A DNA stretch of 48,636 nt, counting the filler, from Sphacelaria rigidula (lineage: Eukaryota), in assembly GCA_964200075.2 (NCBI GenBank). It is 3 parts of 3 records of this genome, joined end to end, with 100 filler letters (N's around TTAATTAATTAA, not from the genome) between each part and the next. Parts side by side here need not be neighbours in the genome. Positions count along the whole stretch, not along the records: positions 32,492 to 48,636 come from CAXNAA020001467.1; 2 more parts are not named here. One strand, written 5' to 3'. The notes under the pieces were generated by a model. That model saw only the letters and a list, made by a program, of their open reading frames with translations. It was not told the origin of the DNA and ran no database searches. Position 1 is the first letter of the stretch; every line of letters begins with the position of its first letter. Made by a program: the position numbers and the translations under genes. Below, in pieces: positions 32,879-46,671 of the stretch.

Positions 32879-35800
32879 CGACACAATATTCTGCAACACT
32901 GCCGTAGGACCGCCATCCGCGAGAAACCGAAACTGGAATGCCTGAATGCCTGTATCAGTAGGTGTCATTTTCGTATGTGCCCTAGTAGCTGTGGGGTCGG
33001 TGAACTAGTTTCCGAGTACTTCACCCGGAATATCCGACGTGGTAGCTGGTGAACTCGTCCCTAAGCTCGATGCTCATACACTCCACCTGCATGTATCCGG
33101 GTAGGTACGACGCACAGCGGCAATCCGACACGTAGACGGAGGTTGAGATGGGTCAGACAGCTGAGGAACATTTCAGTACGAACTAAACCTCAGGAAAGGA
33201 TATAACACGTCTGACTATCTGCTGCCAACTCTTTACCGTCGACCTACTGTAGGACACACACACGCGCGCGCGCGTGTATACCCTGGTGCGAGGACATCAG
33301 ATGTACCGATGCAGTCGATGAAGGTACCTGGGTTTACCCTCACATTGTCAAGCATGGGGGAAACAGCGCCCAACGAGCCCATGTCGCACATGAAGCCCAT
33401 CCGTTCAACGATCTCTTGCGGCGACGACTGTTCTGCGTGGTGCGTGGGCGAAACCTGTTGTGTGTGCAAAAATGGGGAGCAAAACACCCAGCAAAACAAC
33501 GTCCGAATTTTGAATGCACGTATATGTTCGGTTATCCGTGCTTCTTCCGCGGAACAGCGCCCGGATCGATAGCTAAATACCCTTTCTAGGGTAGGTCGGA
33601 TAGGGTATATCCGATATGTGAGTAATTTGCACATCATCTACTTAAGAGAGGGTAACTGTAGCACTGGGCTGGCTGCTGTGCCATGGCCTGGGTCGTATCT
33701 CCACTTTTTCAAAGTATATCACAATATCGGGTATACCCGATCCGACCTGCCCTTGAACTCTTTCGATCTCGTGAACATACCGACCATCAGTGGTCGAGGA
33801 GTGTGCTTCGAAGTCAGAATTTGACATCGCGACCTCTTCACTACACTGAAGATACTGGATCTTTGGGAACCGGATCTCGAAGATACACCTGAGGACGAAC
33901 GCCCGGATGGGTAGGGTGACCCGTGTACAGAGTCGAGCTCGGGGATCGCAAAGAGATATCGAAAACGTATATCGGGACTGTTCTTGTTATTGTGCGCCCC
34001 TTTCGCTTTGTCGGTGAGCGTGGAGCGTACCGGATGTTCCCGCAATTAGGGGGGGCTCTCGAATTTATTCAGGTCAGCTAATCAACCCAAGAGCCTCAAG
34101 CTGGATATGATCTGAAATGTTTGACAGTATCTTCAAGCAATAGGTTAACAACTTTGGTATTCTCGGAGGGATGGAAGGAGTATACATACGAGAACATGCG
34201 GCATGTGATATAATCTGAATCACAAAGCAATCAAGCGTGACAAGTGCTGCGTATTCACATCATTTCGCAGGGTATACGAAATGTTCATCAACGCAGGAGA
34301 AGAACCAAACAAAAAGAGTGTGTTCTACTGCCGACGAGACTCCAAAAAATATGAAGGCGACGATTGCAGCTCTACATATTCCTGCTTTCAGACCCACGCA
34401 CGTAGCACTCGGGGGGTACACCGGCAACAACCCTCGGGTTCAGGTCCAACAGAGGTTGGCGGCCCTGTTCGAGCCCTACGGTAAGAACCTGCGCCACCGA
34501 ACAAAAGTGGGGTGCCATCGAAAGACCCCGTCCTCCAGCAGTGGCGAAATGTTCATAGTAGGCTATTAAACATGATTGTCGCAGCTTTCACGAAAAAATC
34601 GTCAGCCGGGAAAAACGTGTTCAAGTGGCGTTGATGATGATTTTTCGGTAGAGGAACGCTACAGGAGCCTATAAACTTACTTTCACGGTTACTTCCAGCA
34701 CTTCGGAGTTGCCGCTCTCATCCCCGGAGTCCTCTTCTTCAAGGGCTCCCGTATCTCCGCTTTCTCCCACCAGGCCCCTTTTCCCTTGTCGTCCCGCATC
34801 TTCTGCCCCGCCAAGCGGAACCTGTGCAAGCGGTACCGTACGCCAGGGGGGGTTGGAGGGTTGGGAGTATAGAAATATCAATTTTGTTTGTTCACCTTCC
34901 GGCTAATGAGAACGACATTTGCCCGAGAATAGAGAAACCGGCCGAATATCAAGGATTTGAGCGATATCTGACCGGAAAACAGCATGAGTGCACAAGAGAA
35001 CGTCTTGCTTTGCTCACTTGTGACCTCTACAGATATAATCTACTGGGATCACGGAGACGAGGGGCTCTATCAGCGGCGGGTGAGGCGTGCGGGCACAGGC
35101 TTGGGAGGGATGGTGAGACGGGGAGGATGATTGCACTTCCTGCTCTATTCCTTGTCCGAGCACAATAGTACGTAGGTTCGGAGGGGGAACGATTCTGGTG
35201 CAGTGTCTATATATTTTAATAGAAGTTATTCTCGATGAAGTCAAGAAGCGGTAGGATGTGCTACTGAATGTAGTCTCCGCGGGATGTATATCCTCCTCCC
35301 CCTCCCTCCACCAACGGTCATATATGACTACGGCATGTAAGATCATGAGCACACCCCACCCTCTCCTCTACCTTATCCCCCGCTGCCACTCCTTTAGATC
35401 CGATCTCGCACTTCATCGATGCAGCTACTGGTGAGTGTTCGCGTAGGCAAAGGAGATAACTGTGCGGAATTTACCTTCAGCCTGAGATCCCTCTCGCCGC
35501 CAGAGGCCACAGGCACATCGTCATCATCATCATCATCACCACCACCGTCATCTGCAGTCGCTCCTTTTCCGAATCCCGTTCCACCCTCTTCACGATGCCA
35601 CCCACTACTGGCACGCCCTTCATCGTTTTGTTGTCGTCGCCAGCCTTCTTCAGTGCTGCTGCCGTACCCGCCACTGTTGACGTCAGCGATGATGTCAGCT
35701 TTGTCGTCACCGTTCCCCATACCGTTGACGTTGAGTTCACGGCCGCCGTGTTTTCCCGGAAATATCTCGTCGTCGCCGTCTTCGTCGTCGTCGTCTTCGT

Positions 35801-38800
35801 CGTCGTCGTCTTCGTCGTCGTCGTCTTCGTCGTCGTCGTCTTCGTCGTCGTCGTCTTCGTCGCCGTCGCTGTCCTCCGCGGCGTCACCGGTGCCATACAA
35901 GCCGTCGTAGAACCTGTTGTCGTAATCATCGTTGCCAATATCCGTGTCTACCGAGCGGGAGCCGCCGCCGTTTGTGTGGTCGTCTTCCCAGTGACTCTCC
36001 GTTCTCGACGTGAACGATGCACTCGCGGCTGACGATTCGACACTGCTGCGGCTTTCTCCGCTACTCGCCCCATTTTTTGGAGGTATCACTGTGGATTTCT
36101 CGCCTTCGTTGGCCGAGCTGTCACTCGTGGAGGAGGACTGCAGGCCCCCTGACGGGCTTGGCAGAGATGTGTCTGGAGCCGTGGTCCTCGGCGTTAAAGA
36201 TGCAGTGGTGTTGGCACTGAGCGCTGTGTTCAAGTTTGGCACAGGAATGAGAGGAACGAGTCGTCACGAGAGGGAATCAGGGGAGGACTCAGGTGGGGTA
36301 TGCACGCGATGTTTGTTGCAGCAGTTGGCACGGGAGCGAGAGGTGTTGACATAGGGTGCCAGTCGATAATGTGGAGACTCGAAAAGTGAGGTTATTCGTA
36401 TGCCTGAAGGATACTCAACCGTGAATACATTCTTGCCGCTGACGTTTGGGGTGCGGGGATTGTTCAGCGTGTGCTTTTTACTGCTGGTATCGCAACATCA
36501 GATGTTCACGCGGAAATCATACAGCAGAGTTGTGTCACGGTTGGGCGCCACAGAGATGTAGTTGCCAGGCAACCTGCAATTGTGTCTGCCTTTTTTGAGA
36601 CCTTGGTTCACCCAATATGCAGTTGCTGATGCTCACCTTCATTCAATATAATTGGTGTTGCGTGCTCCATGTAGACACCTCTGTTCATGACTGAAGTTTC
36701 TATACAAGTCATCCGTAACTCAGCAGTTGCTAGCACTACATCAACACATCCTGTTTGTGCCCAGGTGCAGATAGAACAGCGCGAGGTATAGATTCACTGC
36801 CGATTGATGTCAATGTTCAGAGTCTTGAATTGTGCCAGCTGGACATCTTGAAAATGAAAATGCACCCAGGCGGCTTCAATGCAACAGTAACATCCTTGTG
36901 CTATGATATGGCTAGTTGGCGCTGACAATAGTCGACGGTGCAACTGCGGCGCACTCTGTGCTTGGAGGTATGAAACACGCGTATCGACTACAGCGACACC
37001 CATGAAGGTATGATGTGTCTCAGCGCCGGTCGTGCGGGCCACGCAGCGGAGGTCTCACCGATAGTGTCGGAAGTATTGCCAACACCGACTGTGTTGCCGA
37101 AAGCGTCACTTTCACCTGCAGCACCGGCAGTGATGTGTGAAACGCGCTGCCCACCCTTGCCGCAAGCAATTTTGTTTTTTCGTCACACTTTCAGCCCCGC
37201 CTCTTCCTCGTGACGAATCCGTGGTTTCAAGGAAACAGCCCATATCTTCCCCACTACACATGTCTTTGCCTTACATTTGAATCAGCACTCCCGCCCCGCT
37301 TCGACTCTCGGCAGCTAAAATCTTTGTGGCTCCTCACGGCCTCGAGCTTTACCGACGGCAATCAGCCACTCATCAGCGAAAAAGAAACCTGAGAACACAT
37401 CTGCAAGGATCCGTATCCGCAATCTTCCGCCCTTAAAAGCTTTTGTTTCACCGCATTAGAATACCGGGGCGCGGCAAGTGCGGGTGGCCAAATCTAAGAA
37501 CGCGACCATGTGGAGTTACTTTCCCCGGAATCTTTCGGGAATGCGGGATTCGTCTTCCCCAGGGGGACTGAGCTCAAGTTGACGGTTCACCTAAAAAATT
37601 GCCGGAATTAGCACAGTACTCTTACTCCGTCGAGCAGGTGATTCATCGTTTACCCTGCTGCAGCTTGCGAGTCCTCTCGGCGTTGAAATTCGAAGCGCAT
37701 TGGCTGAGTGAGTCGCCAAGTGGAATCCGAGAGAGCACTCGCTGTCGAGCACAACGCACATTAGAATCAAGAGCTGGTCGCCGGCGGCGGCTGTATGTTC
37801 TCTCTGTCTCACCTACGGCTGAACAACATCGCGGCCACTCAACATGAATCGAGGACACTGACTACGATCGCGGCAAAAGCCCTCGCTGCGAGATCAGCGC
37901 TGAACGTTCTGAGTGTCAAAATACAAAAATCACGCGTCGGCGTGCACTCGTCTAGGTTAGTTTGCCCCTTCCTTCGCCACTATCATCCTGCGTGTTACTG
38001 AGCTCGGGTTTTGGACTAGGGAGAAAAAGTTCTTGATTCCCACATTTGGCTTTTAACGCGTAGAATTGAGGCGATCCTTTTAATAGAAATAATAGTTTGT
38101 AATTAGGCTGGAGTCTCAGAAACAAAACCATGGAGGACTCTATGTCTTGCGAGGAATAACAGGGGCTGTGTTGGAAAGACGAGCCTACTACGCCTGTAAC
38201 CACGGGTTCGAGAGATCGGACCAATGAGCGGAAATAATAATAAATAATAAGTAATGGTTACTGAAGGACTACCGCCGACAAAAAATGAAGAGTCGCATCT
38301 ACCTTCGTTGGTGTCGTCGCCTTCCTCGAAGGGATTGCCGTTGAGAGCCCACATTTCCATCCTGTCCTCCGCCAGACCCAGGGTCACCATGAGCGCATCC
38401 ATAAGTTCCTGTGTGCGCGCGAGCATAATCGCTCGTTTACTACAGGTCGACTTGGGTATTTCGGAGCATGGGGTACATCCCGCCGTGCGTTAACGGTGTT
38501 GCTTTTTCGCATGACGAACTCCTCTTTGAAGCCCCGAATGGGGGACCTTGCCGGATGAAATTTCTAGATCTTTTTCCCGAACAATCCAATAATGTCTGTT
38601 TTGTGACTTCATTTTTTGTTCTTCCTGTTTTTCTTTGTACATTTATGACTTTTTGTCGTTTTCCTCGTACTCGAATATACTCCTGTCTAGCGACTGTTCC
38701 CCGTTCGGTAACCTCGCTCACCTCTACCTTGAGGAGGCCATGGCTGCATTCGCAGTGGATAAAAGAATACGAGAAAACGACTAGATAGCTCACGATGGTT

Positions 38801-39876
38801 TTTCACACAGTATGTTTTCAATCGTGTGAAGTACGTTTTAAATAGGGCCTTTTCTTTCCCTTTTCCGCGACGAGATGATATCGTATTGCGTGCAACCCGT
38901 TCGGGCTGTTTTTTGTACGACTCGCTCAAAAACTATAGTTACTGGAGTAGAAAGAACAACAGGATATATTTTCCTTTTCTATGACGAGATGATATCGCAA
39001 TATTTGCGATCCGTTCCAACCGTTTGTTGCACTACCTATTACAAGCACGATATGGCCGCATTTTCTCGAGGTTCCAATCACTTCCGTGGGCGCCGGTCCC
39101 CGATGGAACAACGAAAAATATGGGTGCTCTTACCGTCATGGGCGACTCTCTTGCACCGTACGTGTAAGCCAATGGTCCATTCAGTCAAGTTTTATGTGCA
39201 AGCGCATGGATATCTCATATTTTATTCTCACTCCTCGGGACCATCCGCAGTCTCACGGATGGATGACCCATCTCTGTACCGCCCTTACGAATAGTGCATT
39301 TGCACCCTCCCCTCACTCACGTGTGCTCCGTCTCGAAAGGGATGCGTGGTCAATGGTCAAATGACTAAGGCAAGCAACAAANNNNNNNNNNGGGAGCGGC
39401 CTCAACGGGGTGGGGGGGCCAATGGGCAAACGCCTAAGGCAACAAACAAAGGGTCCGCCCCCCCCCCCCCCTCACTCACGTGGTGAATGTGCTGCACAAT
39501 GCGATATAACTTTCCTATTTTTTTATTTTTGTTCTTGTCCCACTTTGAAGTTTTTGCGTAGATATTTTGTTTCTCGCCTTCCTCCGTTGGTTGTTTGATT
39601 TATGGGTATGGGTGGTAATGCTCCTTGCACTCTATATCCACGGGTTGGATAGATCAAGCTGGAATGACGGAAACAATAATAATATTAAATAATAATACTA
39701 ACAGTAACAGTAACAATAACAATAATAACAAGAATACTGATAACATATAAATAATAGTAATACTAGCAATACTAGTAATACAATAGTAAAAATAGTAATA
39801 ATAGTAATAATAGTAATAGTAACAACAATAATGATAAAAATGATGAAAATAATAAAACAATAATAAAACAATAATG

Positions 39877-39943
<67 letters not shown>

Positions 39944-42114
39944 TGATGATGATAATAATAATGATAATAATGATAATAATAATAATAATAATAATGATAA
40001 TCATAATCAAGTCCTTCCTTTCCTCGGGACGAGTCCGTGGTCTCAAGGAATCAACCCATCTCTCCCCGGTTTACACGCCTTGCATTTTGGTCTCGCGGAT
40101 TGGATCATGACCAGCACTCCCGCACCGCGTCAACTCTCGTTTAACAAACTCAGCAGACTGTTTTTAGTAAACTCACGTCCTCACGCTCTCCACGGTGGAA
40201 ATAATGTTTTTCGAAGAGAAAACCTCAACGTATCTGAGAGGAATCGAACGCATGTTTCCTCCACCCTAATGGTGACAGCCGGGTCGCGAGACAACCGATG
40301 CGGTGACGGTGTCGATGTACGTGCAGGGTATCTGCCAAGTACAGCCTACGCTGGTATTCGACCGTTGATAAAATTGTTGAGTGTTGTACATTAGCTGATC
40401 CCTCAGAAATCTTGACGCGATCACGAGATAGAGACGTACCCCAGGAAAACAATATGGGAACACTTGCTTAAGGAAACTCGAAAAAAGGGGGAGGGCGCTC
40501 GAAAACGGGGATACCCAGATCGAAAAAAGAGAGATGGAGCGGACGGGGTGAGACTAAAACAAATAGAGGAACAAAAGAAAAGAAAAGAAAAAGCAAAGGG
40601 AACAGGAAAAACAAATCCTTCCAGGATGGGTAAATCCCATCACTAGATAGGCGGCTCCTTACCCTGCCGCCAAGTTTCATGACCTCTTCAAGGGAAACGC
40701 CACTGGTACGGAAGGACAGCAACGTTCCCGGGTATCCTAGTGAGAAGACTTGTCCCTCGCTGTAAACCCAGGGGTTCGAAGCGGATACCACCTGGACAAG
40801 AGGTGCAGAACCGGCGGCCAGAGGTCGGCATGCGCACAAACAAAGCATTGGTGCATTATACGGTGTTCGAACAGTGCAGTTGTGCGCGTCGTATATGGAT
40901 AAAACTTCAAAGTGATCCTCGCTCGGGTTTGATCGTACCCACTTGATAAACCGTTCATGCTTGACGAGCCCGACCACATGGCGGCCGAATGACATGCCTT
41001 TTTGTCTGGCGGAGGCGGAGGCTGGGGCAGGGCCGGGAAGGGGTAAGGTTTTATTGCTCCTGTGTCAACTCTTCTGGCGTGCCGAATTTGTGGGAACCAG
41101 GAGTGGTATTACCTGGTGCGGTAGGCTGCACGGTGTCTACTTTGCGACAGGTAACGGATAGCGGAGAACCTCACAATAAAAACACGCGAAGCGTCAACAG
41201 CATTTCTCTGGGCCAGGGCGCAAGGTCGGCGAAATTTCTTGGTCAATGACATTTGGCAGAATCTTTGAAACGAATTGTTCGAGCGAAACAAAGGCTTCTC
41301 CCCTCCCCCCCCCCCCCTCCCGGTGTCTACTGTTGAGAATTTCGTGACAAGGGACTACTACGGGAATCGAGTATGTCACATAGCAAAATGAGGAACCTCA
41401 GTCATCCGTGAAGAGGTGGCCAGGGAAAGTAGGGAAGACCTGCGCATTCGCTCTCACGGCTTACTCGCACGATACGTAACAATCGAGAGGTGGCACACAA
41501 GCTTTGGAGGGAACTGGAACATAAGCGGGGTCTGCGTTGGACTGCGGTGATTGACAACATATTGGTACTCGCACAGCACAATAGGTGAGCCAATTATGCG
41601 TCCCTCGCAAGTGAAGCATCGTTGCTCCGCAACTTCATCGATTCGGTTCATCAGCTCTGCTTCTATGCAGACACAGTACTTGGCGGGTTTTGTAAGATGA
41701 ATATCCATATCATCGTGTATTCGGAAAATGTGAAGACAAGAAAGAACAGAAGGACCTTTCGTATAACCTTGAAGGCCGGAGGGCTCCCGAGTCATCCCAC
41801 GTCATCATTAGGGGGGTTAATTTTGGCCAGAGTTCACGGCTGACAGCAGTAGAGTTTGTAACAGTCCGACTTCGAAATATGAAGGTTAAGTGTACATTTT
41901 CGTCTGGCCCGGGGTGTCGGATTCAGATGTCTGGGGGGCTCACAGTCCCGAGCAATCGCCCGGCGTGCGCAGCACGTATTTTGGGCGAAATCCGCGCTGC
42001 TTACAGCTTTGCCAACACACATTTTGCCTAGGGCACCCTTCCCACCCTCCGCCGGGCCCGAGGGTTCTGGGTCTGCGGTGGGTTTGGGCTCGGGCGAGGA
42101 AGTCATCTTGGCGT
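32879..42114 (-). CDS. Multi-exon protein of unknown function with a long acidic/Ser-rich region (partial model)
   Basis: Candidate exons with GT-AG borders and mostly matching phases: 42114/42106-42037, 41662-~41465, 41005-40939, 40791-40663, ~38450-38303, 37812-37654, ~37155-37059, 36223-35475 (EDDDD repeats, donor AAG|gtaaat), 34821-34681 (donor |gtaagt), 34488-34402, 33454-~33344 and ~32949-32879. No family recognised. Confidence 0.6.
33588..33753. mobile_element. Small MITE with ~30-bp TIRs
   Basis: agggtaggtcggatagggtatatccgatat ... atatcgggtatacccgatccgacctgccct; no TSD evident. Confidence 0.7.
35767..35868. repeat. 15-bp coding minisatellite (EDDDD repeats on - strand)
   Basis: (tcgtcgtcgtcttcg)n, about 6 units, inside the 36223-35475 exon. 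Confidence 0.9.
37203..37400 (-). mobile_element. SINE-like family 2, degenerate copy
   Basis: ttcctcgtgacgaatccgtggtttcaaggaa...cagcactcccgc matches 40020-40125. Confidence 0.6.
39318..39485 (+). mobile_element. LINE extreme 3' end fragments (two degenerate copies around a small N gap)
   Basis: gtgctccgtctcgaaagggatgcgtggtcaatggtcaaatgactaaggcaagcaacaa matches about 32673-32730. Confidence 0.75.
39675..40007. repeat. Long (AAT)n microsatellite, probable expanded tail of the adjacent SINE-like element
   Basis: (AAT)n/(GAT)n/(AAC)n over about 330 nt; this explains the poly-Ile ORFs. Confidence 0.95.
40008..40315 (-). mobile_element. SINE-like family 2 with B box and (TTA)n tail
   Basis: On -: B-box-like GTTCGATTCC (40249-40240), with the 3' end ...gagaccacggactcgtcccgaggaa... 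running into (TTA)n. Copies lie at 37203-37400 and 46690-46750. The A box is not clear. Confidence 0.6.
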
Positions 42115-43529
42115 CTGACGAGACTACAAAGTATGTTCGACTATGGAATTTCGGGGCCGAACGGGAGAAACCTCGCCTCCGTGACAGCGGCAAGCTGATT
42201 AAGGGTACTATTAAGGGGTCTAGTTTTCCCACGGAATCTCCGGTTTATTTTGAGTTGTTTTTTTTCTCCGAAAAATGTGAGTACATATTTCTCAACCAGG
42301 TCAGGCGGTAGATCAGTTCAAGACTGACTACATGTTTCTCCGAGAATCTATACTTCTCCGAAAATCCACATTTCGCCACAAAGCTAGCGTCGGAGTTGCT
42401 TTTCCCGCAATGTCATTTTGGAGAAGTAGGGGGAAAAGTTCAAGTTCTCGGAAAAAAACATCGAGCCTGAAACAAATCCTCGTCAAGAAAAACGCCCCAG
42501 CGAGAAAGTATGGTGTCCACTCTCCTTCCTTGTTTTGGCTCGTGCTTGAACACAATGTAGATGTCCCCCCCTCTGAAAACTAGGTCGTCCGATTGGCAGC
42601 AAAAGGGCGGAATGCACACACAGAATGCCTCTGCTCATACGGTTTTGGTGGGCAGAGTGACCCGCCCGGCAGTGCAGAAAGAGCCAACACATTGATTGCA
42701 TGTGCCGTGGAGCTTGTCGCTCACTGTACACAATAAACCCCTGTGATCACTCACCCAGAGCCCCCCATGGTATTTCCGGAATGCCCAAAGTTCTCAATCG
42801 TTTCAATACTCTACTCGATACAAGCGGGGTCACTGTGACAAAACGCACAGATATAGCTGATGGCTGCCCTATTCCAACGTTCAAGTCGAGCTCAATTCGG
42901 GGGCGTCATGTGAGGAATAGTAGTGGCGGTGCTGGAAAGGTGAGCCCACGTCTGTGACCGCGGGTTCGAGAGATTGGGCTAATGTGTGAAGATAACATTA
43001 TTTTCGCTCGGTTAGACCGCGGTATTCCAAACAAGGCGAAAATACAGTGCTCCCTCCGTGGACCTCACGGTGGATTCAAAAACCATGCGTCGATGGGGTT
43101 GGCTGGCTCCACTGTCGGACAGGAACCGTTTTGTTCCCGATTTTGTGAGGGTAACTTTGTCTGGAAAGCGTAAGAACTGCCCGCGTAAGGATAAACACGT
43201 CGGGAAACAAAACGTCTGACCCCGCGGACTCAGAAAAGTTGACGAGCGAACGCGATTGCTGCACCCCAACGGGTGACAACACATGGGAGGTACCGCGACT
43301 CTTCTTTACGACCCCGGCCTTCAACTCCTGGGGAATTCAACGCGAGGCTGACTGCTGAAAAAAGAGAGGAAAAAACCGAAAAAATATTGCTCTGTACTTG
43401 TAAACCTCGTCACGAGAGAGACCAAATCTCACGGCTCGCAACGAGTCAGAACGTTTCGAAATACAGGATAATCGACCAGGGACGGCAGTAACACGCAGCC
43501 CAACGCAGCTACAACAACCAGCGACGCAC

Positions 43530-46500
43530 CTTCCAGAAGTACTCAGATCCCACAGAAGGAACGTCGAATTCTTCCCTGGGGATGGTGATGTTCATGCTTC
43601 CCTCTTCCGAGGAGACTTCCTCTGAGTACCACACCACCTGTGTGGCAGAATTGGCGTGTGGTATTGAAGGCTCAGAGCTAGTATTTCAGAATCAGAACCG
43701 GTTCTCCGCATTGATAACAGTCTGCTGTACTTTTCTTCATGCCATTTTGATTGCAAAACGTCCAAGTACGTCACTATCGGTCATGCAGAGTAGATGCCAC
43801 ACGCAAGACCCACCCGTCCGTATCCTTCTACATTTACCAACGGACGTTCACCCAACGGTCGGCGTTGCCGTCCCAAAGGTCTATTTCTTCAACAGACCAG
43901 CATTCCAACACTAACTGAAACATTGTCTGGCATATAGCATGATCGGAGTGTATCGATCATGAATCCACCGCTCAGATGTAGTTTGCCCCTTCGACACCTC
44001 ACCACCATACCCTGGGCCATCTGCGACCGGAAATCGAGAACACTGACCCTTCTGACTATATCGTAATAAAAACACAGCCCGGAACATCAGACAACCTCAC
44101 GATGTGCTTCCCGTGCTTCTCCGAACAATCGGACACGTTCCCTTCTCAGCCAACGCGCTTTCTCCGAGTTCAATGCAAATACTGCTAGATATACTTCAAG
44201 CTACGGTATGGTCCCACTCCTTGACATACAACGGTGTCACCAGCGTTTTTTGCTCGAGGTTTGAGAGTCAGGACCCAAAGTTTCGGAAAGAGGTGCGAAT
44301 CGACATTCGAAGGGTTATGGGTATTCATCTGAGATGTGGGTAAAACATATGTTACATCCATCTGGAATATCCACCTGGGATATCCGTCTTGCTTATCGGT
44401 CTGGATTTCCATCCGGAATATCCCCTTTGGATGCCGTATCCATCGGGCATACCCATTCTGGAATGTTCATCTAGGATATACATCTGAGATATCCATCCAA
44501 AATGTCCACCTGAGATGTTCATTTGGAATGCTAGATCCATTCGAGATGTTCTCCTGAACCTGGGATGGACGGCCACCGGAAAATTGAATGTCCACGTGGG
44601 ATACCTATCCCTATCCGTATCCCCATCTTCAACCTCCAACCTCTAAGTCTGATGCAGAATACCCCAGGTAGATGTCCCAGGTAGTCAGTCTGTCCTCACG
44701 TACCACATGGGTATCCCGAATGGCTATGAGATTCCGGGAAAAGATTCCAAGTGGATGAGGGCATCACGGATGGACAGTCTAGATGGAAATCAGGACCCAT
44801 GTGTGTGTGTGTTGTCGTCTAATTTGCCGGACGGATATCCCAGTAGATGTTCGAGATGAATGTGGTAGATGGTTATTCATATCTCAGGCGGATATTCATG
44901 GCCCAGATGAGCCTCCGAAATGGGTATGGCATCCCAAACAGATACACTAGATTGATATGATATCCTTGATGGAGTTTGCATGATAATGTTGGTCTGTCAG
45001 AAGTCGAGCCATGGTAAGGACGACAACAAATACTGATAAGTGATAACATCGGTACTCCCACTACAGCTAATATGGTGATGTAAAAAAATACCACCAATGA
45101 CTTTACTTTCAGTACTGTAGCACAAAGTGTGAGTTATGGCGAGGTAGCTGTACGGTATTTTGTACGCTATTCGATTCCAGTCTGCGTAACGACCAATATA
45201 GGGATACATCGTTTGTTATCGGGAATTTTCGTTGGCCGAGCGCTTGAGTACGGTGCGGACGGTTACTGGTTTCTACGCCCGTAAATTAGCTCAAGTTGAG
45301 TCTTTATGCCTCGGAATATCGCCTTTTTTTTTGCGTCCTTCTGCCGGATGATTCGTACTCGTAGATCCTGATTCTGTAATTTTCGAAGGAAAAATGACGC
45401 TCTCCAGACGTGAATATCGTAACGCCTCGTTCACCATTGCCATCCAACTCCTAAGAACCCTTCTCGTTCTGAGCCTTCATGTATTGAACGTTTTCTTCGG
45501 ACTTCGGAGCTATACATTCTTGTCCTGCCCTTGGGCTGCGCTAAAGACTAAAAATCATCCGGATACTGTCTGGAACAACAACGTCAGAGTTGCGAGGTAA
45601 GCTCCTCGCACTACTGTTTACATTGTAGTACATCAATCGGGCAGAGTCAAGAACCGGCGATACGTTGAACACCCACGTCACGCCGAGCAAGAACTCACCT
45701 TCATGTGTCCGGCCGTGTCCGCGACAAAGTCCGTGTGAAGCGGGTGCTCATCGCTATCGACTTCAGTAGCGCATTGGCCGTGCATGGGCGATACTGGGTC
45801 TATAATCGGACCTTGGTGTCTCCTGGAAAAAAAGAAAAAAGTGAGGGCCCGGGGTGGGGGGAAGTAGCTGAAAGAGCGACGGAAGGAGGAGGCCTGTTCT
45901 CCGTTGGTTCAGTATGTCGTGACGAGTATTCCTAGTTTTCCCGTGGGAGATGTACCCGACACTATCAATGATAGCCCCCCCCCTCCCCCCAAAAGGTGGC
46001 TGGTTTGGGGAGGCAAATCTACACGTAAATCGGAGCGAAAAAAGCTGAGCACAAGGAGCAGCTGGAAATTCCCACGCTTGGGTTCGTTTTCGCCAATGTC
46101 GCCCCCGTGAGGCGCTTCATGCAGCCTGAAACCAATCATCAGGCGCTGCATGACCATTTTCTTCGTGGCAGTTTTCGATGTTTTTTTTTCTTCTTTTTTT
46201 TTGGGGGGGGGGGGTGGTATTGTAGAAAGTGTCACCCGGACAAGATATTTCAGGAAGAGTCTATATTTGATTTGATGATTTTGAATTTTGATTGTCGCCC
46301 TTTAGCTGATCCCCCAGGGATCCAATCCAGCCACGGTCATTATCCACATGATAGACCTACCCGAGACAAAAACAACACTGAAACACTCGCTGAAGAAAAA
46401 ATGAAGAAACAACAGAAAGCCAGAACAGACGAAACAGAGTAGGAAAAGAAAACATGTAGTAATGAATGGTTGTATAATTTCTTATTTCCGCAACAACAGG

Positions 46501-46634
46501 GGTAAAAGTAAATGACCATCGAGAACAATTTTTCCGTGCCGCATGAACACAAGCGAGCCGGATCGCGAAAAAGAACGAGCTGTGTTGCGTAATCCTTACT
46601 TTCTGAAACGGTCTGCATGATGACTATTGAAAAC

Positions 46635-46671
<37 letters not shown>

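Noticed and set aside
32879..32949. USP9/USP24-like motif (FQFRFLADGG)
   Set aside because: It is a short resemblance only, and the flanking exons show no other deubiquitinase features.
35419..36032. Poly-Ser, poly-Val and poly-Thr ORFs in alternative frames
   Set aside because: They are shadows of the 15-bp EDDDD repeat; only the acidic frame has matching splice sites and phases.
39654..40110. Poly-Ile ORFs
   Set aside because: They are translations of an (AAT)n microsatellite.
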